45,349 nt of DNA from an uncultured bacterium (lineage in GTDB: Bacteria; Cyanobacteriota; Vampirovibrionia; Gastranaerophilales; Gastranaerophilaceae). Of the stretch, positions 39,023 to 45,349 are shown in pieces. Each line of letters starts with the position of its first letter. The stretch's first letter is position 1. The stretch covers positions 1-45,349 of the forward strand of contig USEW01000001.1 of NCBI GenBank assembly GCA_900553845.1, read 5' to 3'. The notes beneath the pieces are model-generated. The model was not told where the DNA came from, ran no database searches, and saw nothing but the letters and a program-made list of their open reading frames with translations. Made by a program: the position numbers and the translations under genes.

Positions 39023-39979
39023 TTATGACTTCAATTTAAAATGTGGTAGTTGAAACCCTTGTTTTTCAAGCATTCTTATCGCACCATCTAAGGATTCTAC
39101 AAGCAGTTTGTTTTTAATATTTAAAACTTTTTGTTTAATATTGTTTTCTGTGAGTTTTGGGGTAAGTATTTTGCCTATTTCTTTGTATGTTCCCTTCTTT
39201 CCAGCAGTTAACAATGCTGATTTTGCACCAATAATATTAATTTCTTCTTTTGTCAATTTATATTTATTGGTAATAGAATTTCTATTATCTGCTTCTATTG
39301 CAGTTTGGGATTGTTGACTTGCTATATTTTTTCTGATTACTTTAGCCTTAAAAAGACACTTTAAATCCAAAATATCTAACGTTGTATTAATATCAAGATA
39401 TGGGTCTTGCAAAATATCGTATTCTTCATCAACATCTTCTACATACACACTTGTATAAATTGATTCATTTCCTACAATCCCTTTGGGATATTCTGCTACA
39501 CAAATATTAGTAATATTCAAACATTCTGGCTTAAATAAGTGAAGTGAAAGCAAAACATCAAAATACTTTGTTCCTAAAATTGTATATGATTTAGTGATTC
39601 TTGTTCTATCGATAGATTTGATAAATGATTTTAACTTTGATTTATAGTTTTTGGGATTGTTTCTATTGTATCTGTATTGGTATTCAAGGTTATTTTTAAT
39701 AAGATTTTTTATATATTCTTTTAGCCAGATTTCAGCATTTTTCTTGTTCCTACGTTTAATTGAAATATTTATGTACAATGAGTCTGCCACTATCTTTAAA
39801 AAAGGAAATGCATCAGACAACTCATTGCAATATAGCTTGAGTTGATACTTGTCGATGTTGAAGCTGCTGATAAGAAACTTGATTTCTTTTTCATTATTCC
39901 AGTATAAAAGTTTTGCAATTATAGCCAAATTTGTATTATTAACATAATATGTTGTTTCTGCGACAGTTCTTTTTACCAC
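39023..39979 (-). CDS. LuxR/GerE-type HTH regulator with an unknown N-terminal domain
   Basis: The C-terminus LTKEEINIIGAKSALLTAGKKGTYKEIGKILTPKLTENNIKQKVLNIKNKL fits the GerE HTH pattern. Confidence 0.55.
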   Translation of the reverse strand: MVKRTVAETTYYVNNTNLAIIAKLLYWNNEKEIKFLISSFNIDKYQLKLYCNELSDAFPFLKIVADSLYINISIKRRNKKNAEIWLKEYIKNLIKNNLEYQYRYNRNNPKNYKSKLKSFIKSIDRTRITKSYTILGTKYFDVLLSLHLFKPECLNITNICVAEYPKGIVGNESIYTSVYVEDVDEEYDILQDPYLDINTTLDILDLKCLFKAKVIRKNIASQQSQTAIEADNRNSITNKYKLTKEEINIIGAKSALLTAGKKGTYKEIGKILTPKLTENNIKQKVLNIKNKLLVESLDGAIRMLEKQGFQLPHFKLKS

Positions 39980-40062
39980 GATTTCATACCTATTATTTTG
40001 CTTATTATACTACAAAAGAAATGTTTGTTTGCTTCTTCTGAATTTTGTGGTATCGTTGACGC

Positions 40063-41679
40063 ATGAAAAAAGCTGTATTATATGCAAGAGTATCAAGCAA
40101 TAGACAGGAAAAAGAGGGTTTTTCTATTCCTGCCCAAATTAAGTTATTAAAGGACTATACCTTTCAAAACAATATTCAAATTGTAGAAGAATTTGTTGAA
40201 GCTGAAACTGCTAAGAAATCAGGCAGAAAAAAGTTTAATGAGATGGTTAGCTATCTTCATGAACACGAAGATAGAAGAATTATACTTGTTGAAAAGGTGG
40301 ATAGATTGTATAGAAATCTACCAGATTATGGCACAATAGACAATATTAAAGGTCTTGAAATTCATTTTGTTAAAGAAAATGAAATACTGTCTGAAAACTC
40401 CCGTTCAAGTATCAAATTTATGATAGGGATACGTGTTCTAATGGCAAAACAATACGTTGATAACCTTGCAGAAGAATCTGCAAAAGGTTTGAATGAACGT
40501 ATTGAACAAGGATATGCACTGTATCCGCCGTTAGGTTATATGTATGGCAATGACGGTACACACAAACATGCTATTATCAAAGACCCTGAACGTGCCGAGT
40601 ATGCTGTTAAAGCGTTTAATTTATTTGTTTATGAAAATCTATCAGCTTCTTCTATAAATAATATTCTGTATGAGGAAGGTTTAAGGAATCCAGACGGAAA
40701 TAAATATGCAGTTTCAACCATACAGAGAATGTTCAAAAATCCAATGTATGTTGGGGATTATATATATCAAGGAAAGTTATATCCAAATGGTAAACACGAA
40801 CCGTTAATAAGCAGAAAGTTATTCCAACTTGCACAGGAAAAACTAAATAATGCTAACAATACAACAAGACAATATGATGTAGAATTTCCTTACATAGGTC
40901 TGTTTAAATGTAGCGTTTGTGGTTGTAGTTATATAGCAGAAAGAAAAGTTAAACCAAGTGGTAAAGAATATATTTATTATCATTGTACAGGCAAAGGTAA
41001 GATTAAAACTTGTAAAAAAACTTCCTACATAAACGAAAGTAAAATTGATAAGTTTATTATAGAAATTCTTAAAAATTTAGAGAATTTACCTCAATCACTT
41101 ATAAATGAAATCAAAGATTGCTTGAAAGAAATTTATGACCTTAAAAATGAATACAGTAATATAACCCAAGATAACATATATAAGCGTATTAAAGAAATTG
41201 ACCGAATGATACAGAACGGCTATAAACACATGCTTAGAAGTAACAATGACATGGAAAATGAGCTGTGAAATGCAACTTATACAGAATTAAGAGCTGAAAG
41301 AGAACAGCTTATGGATAAACTGTCTTGTATTGATAAAGCTGATGATGATTTTTACAAGCAATCTGATTTAATATTGAAGTTCTGTAAGAATGCAAGCAGA
41401 ATTTTCATGGAAGCAACTCCATCAGAAAAAAGAACAATTTGTGAAATAATTGGTTCGAACTTTACAGCAAATGGCAAAAATATAGATATAACGCTGTATC
41501 CTATCTTCTATGACATAATAGAGATGAATCGTCTAGGTCATTCTCAAAATGGAAGGTTCGAACTCTCTAAAACTCAATCAGACACGAAAAAAGAGCCTCT
41601 AGTGAAGGCTCTTAATTTAAATGGCGGGAACGACGAGGCTCGAACTCGCGACCTCTTGCGTGACAGGCAAGCGCTCTAA
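40063..41679 (+). pseudogene. large serine recombinase (island integrase), in-frame TGA at 41266-41268
   Basis: Carries AVLYARVSSNRQ (catalytic Ser), the recombinase domain and a zinc ribbon CSVCGC...YYHCTG. The C-terminal domain continues in the same frame after the TGA. The last ~90 nt of the ORF merely read across the tRNA-Asp terminator and gene. Confidence 0.8.
41586..41613 (-). terminator. rho-independent terminator of tRNA-Asp
   Basis: Stem AAGAGCCT/AGGCTCTT (41591-41598 with 41606-41613). On the minus strand it is followed by TTTTTT, 8 nt after the tRNA CCA end. Confidence 0.75.
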
Positions 41680-41698
41680 CCAACTGAGCTACGCTCCC
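41622..41698 (-). tRNA. tRNA-Asp (anticodon GTC), CCA encoded
   Basis: A 77-nt cloverleaf folded by hand: acceptor GGGAGCG/CGTTCCC, D-arm GCTC-AGTTGGTTA-GAGC, anticodon stem CTTGC/GCAAG with loop CTGTCAC, T-arm GCGAG-TTCGAGC-CTCGT, discriminator G. Confidence 0.9.
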
Positions 41699-41778
41699 AT
41701 TCACTTGTCTTTTTTATTATATAATAGTCATTTTTTTTTTGCAACTAATTTTTTTAGTTTTTATTTCGCCTTAATAGA

Positions 41779-43209
41779 CTACATTTCATATGCGATAACC
41801 TGACATAATTGGATTAATGTATTTGAATAAAAGAATAACATAAATATTAAAAAGGAACATAAATAAAGTAATACTTTAGGGGCCTGTGCCCGATTACATA
41901 TATTTTTTAAAGGCGGTTTTCTCATAAAGAAACTTTTTATAAAGTTTAATGAATAAAAAATACAACATAAATTTAATAAAAATATAAATGCTAAAAGTGT
42001 TATATATAAGTAGTTACCACGGACTAAACTTGAAAATAAATATAATTTTGAAATAAAACCACCTGATAACGGTATACTTGCAAAACTTAGCAAACAGATT
42101 GTTAAAGCATATGTATAATAGGGTCTTATGTATATAATACCTTCATAATCAACAAGATTGTTCATATTTTTTGAACTGTTAAAAAATATTAAACCGGCAA
42201 ATATTCCAACATTTGTTATAATGTACACAATTAAATAATATAGTATTGATGAAATACCATATACATTTAATGCACTCAATAATCCTGTTATCATAAAACC
42301 TATATTTACAAGTGTGTTAAACCCGAAAAATTCTTTTACGTTTTTTGATTTTATAACTTTATATATTCCATAAGATATTATGTATAAAGATGAAAGTGAT
42401 AAAAATATGTCAACAATATATGAGTATGATGTTTTCATAATTAGTGACAATTTGATTAGTACATTTAAATAACATACCGGAATAAAAGTTGTTATAAATG
42501 CACAATTTGCATAGCTATTATTTCTATAAACATTACCGTTTATTATTAATATTTTACCAATAATTGATAAAGTTATAATTATATTTATATAACTTATTGT
42601 TGAACCAATATTGCTTATATTTTGGTTTATATAATTATATATTTCGTTAAAATTAAAACTTGAGGTTATTAAATATAAATACATAACTCCAAATAAGAAT
42701 AAACCGTCAAATACAAAATTTTTTATTATAAAATTTACAATACTTTCTTTTATTTCAACTCCACGAACAAAACTTGATATTAAACATAATGTCAATGTCA
42801 ACATTTGCAAACCTATAAATAACAATATAAAATTATTGGCGCCTATAATAATTAGTCCGCTTAAAATTCCTAAAATAAGCATATTATAGTATTCAAAAAC
42901 TTTATTACGAATACGATTTATAAAATTTCTTGATAAAAAAGCAATCATTATACCTGATGCAAGTACAAGTATTTTGAAGAACAGTGCAAAACTGTTTGAT
43001 ATTATATTCCCGTTAAAGGCATAATATGGCGGCTCAACTTGATTAAAACTTATAAATAATGATGCAATTATAATTGAACATATTGAAAAATATTTTATAA
43101 ATTTATGCAGGTTTTTTGTTATAAAAAGTGATAAAATCATATTTATAAAAATAATTAACATTAATAGAATTTCAGTTGAAAATGAGCTAAAAATATCCGA
43201 TAAAAACAT
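41779..43209 (-). CDS. nuoN: NuoN-like (complex I / Mrp antiporter-like subunit), highly divergent
   Basis: 476 aa, polytopic. The block order resembles NuoN (..LSFASIPLSGGFISKLYLF..), and it follows a NuoM-like gene. Conserved motifs are poorly preserved. Confidence 0.5.
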   Translation of the reverse strand: MFLSDIFSSFSTEILLMLIIFINMILSLFITKNLHKFIKYFSICSIIIASLFISFNQVEPPYYAFNGNIISNSFALFFKILVLASGIMIAFLSRNFINRIRNKVFEYYNMLILGILSGLIIIGANNFILLFIGLQMLTLTLCLISSFVRGVEIKESIVNFIIKNFVFDGLFLFGVMYLYLITSSFNFNEIYNYINQNISNIGSTISYINIIITLSIIGKILIINGNVYRNNSYANCAFITTFIPVCYLNVLIKLSLIMKTSYSYIVDIFLSLSSLYIISYGIYKVIKSKNVKEFFGFNTLVNIGFMITGLLSALNVYGISSILYYLIVYIITNVGIFAGLIFFNSSKNMNNLVDYEGIIYIRPYYTYALTICLLSFASIPLSGGFISKLYLFSSLVRGNYLYITLLAFIFLLNLCCIFYSLNFIKSFFMRKPPLKNICNRAQAPKVLLYLCSFLIFMLFFYSNTLIQLCQVIAYEM

Positions 43210-43215
43210 AATTAA

Positions 43216-44751
43216 TTATACTCCGAATAAATCACTAACTATTATTGTAAATGTATCTATTATTTTAACTATGGAACCTGTGAATACTCCAAAAAATAAT
43301 ATTGTTAAAAATATCAATAAAAGCACGCTGAATTCATTTATTGATATATCGTCAATTGTTTTATATTTGTCATTATAATTAACAAGAAAAGTTTTATTTA
43401 AAACGCGCAATGTTGAGATATAATTGAAAAATACATATAAAAGTATTATAGTCATAGACACAATTGTCAACCAATTTGTACCAATATCCATATTTATTAC
43501 GCCTATCATTATCATAAATAAACCTGCAAAAGAAATTAAAAAAGGTATATTCATTTGAGCAAAACTTATTATTGCAGCAAAATTAAATAACCTTGGCATA
43601 CTAATTGCAAGCCCGCCTAAATCTTTTAATTCAAGTTGATTATTTGTCTTTCTTGCAATTGCAGCTATTACTGTCATTAGACCTGTTATAATTAAGGCAT
43701 TTGATACTGTGTATATTATACTTCCTTTTATTGAAAATTCATTTAATGCACAAATTGATATCAATATAAGGCTAATATTTGATAATGAAAATAATGTAAC
43801 AATAGATTTTATATTCTGTTCAATATAGGCTTTTGTTGTTGAAATAATTAAATTTACAAGGCTCAATATAATAATATACATAGCTTGAAGCTTAAATATT
43901 TCAGGGAAAATAAGTAAATTAAATCTGTATAATCCATAAATACCTATTAATTGGCTAAATGACACTATCAAAGTACTTATGGGTATTGGAGAATTTTTTA
44001 CATTATCAATAAATAATTTATGAAAAGGAAATATACCCATACGAATTAAAAATCCAATCAAAAAACATAAAAAGACAAAAATTTGAAATGCCTGTGTATA
44101 AATCAGTTCATTAATATTTAAATTTTGCATATTGGCTGTTAGATTATTAGTAATTTTAAAATTGTAATATACAAGAATTAACACAGCTAAACATATTAGC
44201 GAAACGCTAAAAAATGATGAAGCTAAAAATTTAATTTTATCTTTTGTATTTTCAAATGTTGAACTCCATAATGTATTGAGAAAATATAAAGGAACAATTT
44301 GTAGCTCGCAAAAACATACAAAAAGAATAGCATCTTTTGCACAAAACAACCCCAAAAGTGATGATTGCATAATCAAAATAAGTGAATAATATAATTTTTG
44401 TCTGCTTGTAATAAAGTATTTGCTAAAGGATAAAACAACAAAGGTTATAAAACAAGTTAATACGACGAATAATATTGAAAATCCATCCAAAGAAAAAGTG
44501 AAAGTAGCCCCCATACAGGATAGCCACTGTGACGTTCCAAATTTTAGTGTTTCTTCATAGGATACGCCATACAATTCAGGGTTAAAATATGCAATAAGAC
44601 ATATTGAATATAAAAGATTTATAAATGCTATTCCTTTTGCAAACCTTCTTATCACCTTAGAATCTTTTGGAAATAAAGGTAGTAATATTATTAAACAACC
44701 GATTATCGGGATTAGTATAAGTGCTTTTATTGATAAAAATTTTTCAATCAT
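43216..44751 (-). CDS. nuoM: NuoM-like (complex I antiporter-like subunit)
   Basis: 511 aa, polytopic. FCELQIVPLYFL and FPFHKLFIDNVKNSPIPISTL correspond to the NuoM E..P and PFH.W.PDAH..AP..S blocks. Confidence 0.55.
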   Translation of the reverse strand: MIEKFLSIKALILIPIIGCLIILLPLFPKDSKVIRRFAKGIAFINLLYSICLIAYFNPELYGVSYEETLKFGTSQWLSCMGATFTFSLDGFSILFVVLTCFITFVVLSFSKYFITSRQKLYYSLILIMQSSLLGLFCAKDAILFVCFCELQIVPLYFLNTLWSSTFENTKDKIKFLASSFFSVSLICLAVLILVYYNFKITNNLTANMQNLNINELIYTQAFQIFVFLCFLIGFLIRMGIFPFHKLFIDNVKNSPIPISTLIVSFSQLIGIYGLYRFNLLIFPEIFKLQAMYIIILSLVNLIISTTKAYIEQNIKSIVTLFSLSNISLILISICALNEFSIKGSIIYTVSNALIITGLMTVIAAIARKTNNQLELKDLGGLAISMPRLFNFAAIISFAQMNIPFLISFAGLFMIMIGVINMDIGTNWLTIVSMTIILLYVFFNYISTLRVLNKTFLVNYNDKYKTIDDISINEFSVLLLIFLTILFFGVFTGSIVKIIDTFTIIVSDLFGV

Positions 44752-45349
44752 AGGGTCTTATCTTCTCTTTTACTTATTTTCTCAAAAATACAAAATGGTT
44801 GTATATTTATTATTTTACATAAAAATTTATAAAACCTTTTAATAATAAAGAAAAAATCATTGGCATATAAATTGTTTATGGCAATATTTTGTATTAATTT
44901 GGGCTTTAAATTAATTAAAGCATTTTGTTGTGATAATTTATAGGTTATTATAATACCAAGAATGTTAAACATTAAATAAATTTTTGAGATTAAATTAAAT
45001 TTAATACTACATATTTCAAGCGTAAAGTATTTTTCAAAGCAACTTAATAATATTAAAGGTAATGTTAAAATAACAATAGGCAGTTTTATCCACTGACTTT
45101 TATTGTCAAATGTTTTGTCTTTATTATATAGAATAAAAAACAAACGGAATGATGCAAAAGTAACTAAAAATGAAATAACATTAATTATTATAAATAATAA
45201 TATGTCTTTATCACTTAGCAAATTATAAGAAATTAATTTTAATGAGAAAAAGCCTGCAAAAAACAAGTTTGAAAGGGACACTATTCCAATTAAAAAGCAT
45301 ACAAGCGGGATTTTAGAATTTAATTTTATATATTTTAAATTATCAGAAT
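44748..45349 (-). CDS. membrane protein, 3' part of a gene running off the right edge (NuoL C-terminus by position)
   Basis: The frame stays open to the window edge upstream of the tracked GTG at 45281. Its stop overlaps the nuoM-like start. The identity is inferred from gene order only. Confidence 0.35.
   Translation of the reverse strand, partial: SDNLKYIKLNSKIPLVCFLIGIVSLSNLFFAGFFSLKLISYNLLSDKDILLFIIINVISFLVTFASFRLFFILYNKDKTFDNKSQWIKLPIVILTLPLILLSCFEKYFTLEICSIKFNLISKIYLMFNILGIIITYKLSQQNALINLKPKLIQNIAINNLYANDFFFIIKRFYKFLCKIINIQPFCIFEKISKREDKTL

Larger units (their letters stand above)
22370..41585. mobile_element. integrated genomic island (defence cargo plus serine-recombinase/replication module) next to tRNA-Asp
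   Basis: Composition shifts abruptly (GC-richer by eye). Two serine recombinases, a primase module, R-M/Abi/Fic cargo and many pseudogenes lie here. The right end abuts the tRNA-Asp terminator. The left end carries a tRNA-3'-end-like remnant plus a terminator. Exact ends are uncertain. Confidence 0.65.

Noticed and set aside
24266-41268. In-frame stops as evidence for an alternative genetic code or stop-codon recoding in the island
   Set aside because: All three stop codons (TAG twice, TAA, TGA) occur as interruptions. They are accompanied by six frameshifts and by degraded catalytic motifs. Island genes that are intact terminate normally. Pseudogenisation is the more economical explanation.
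41620-41803. The tracked ORF 41621-41803 and the recombinase ORF tail overlapping the tRNA
   Set aside because: These are translations of the tRNA-Asp gene or its antisense, plus AT-rich flank. The tRNA cloverleaf explains the sequence.

Overview
This window is a very AT-rich bacterial chromosome segment. Gene content points to a diderm: kdsA, pilT and nuoL/M/N-like genes. I cannot name the lineage from sequence alone; an uncultured gut-type lineage is only a guess.

Positions 1-22,300 and 41,600-45,349 carry intact housekeeping genes: purM, purN, recJ, pilT, kdsA, a TrmH-family methyltransferase, aminopeptidase P, dnaB, ahcY, two tandem APC permeases, glyQ, a YitT-family protein, trpS and tRNA-Asp.

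Between them (~22,370-41,585) lies a ~19-kb insertion that looks more GC-rich by eye. It abuts the 3' side of tRNA-Asp and has two modules:
- A defence module: SNF2 helicase, Type III Mod, an Abi_C-domain protein, a KilA-N protein and Type III Res.
- A mobility/replication module: small serine recombinase, Fic, orphan adenine methyltransferase, Toprim primase, a DUF3987-like protein, a LuxR-HTH protein and a large serine recombinase.

Seven of the island genes carry frameshifts or in-frame stops. The Abi_C, Fic and replication genes are intact.

The most unusual signal is in the core genome, not the island. A dispersed family of 53-bp units each carries an SD-like motif plus an 18-codon mini-ORF. 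The units are chained by ATGA stop/start overlaps and fused in phase to the start codons of kdsA, dnaB and the TrmH-family gene. Six phased starts (five units) sit in tandem before the TrmH-family gene. Two of the three loci also carry mosaic GC-rich modules with a recurring AAGCGTAA(G/A)CC motif.

All calls rest on manual translation and motif recognition; no searches were run.
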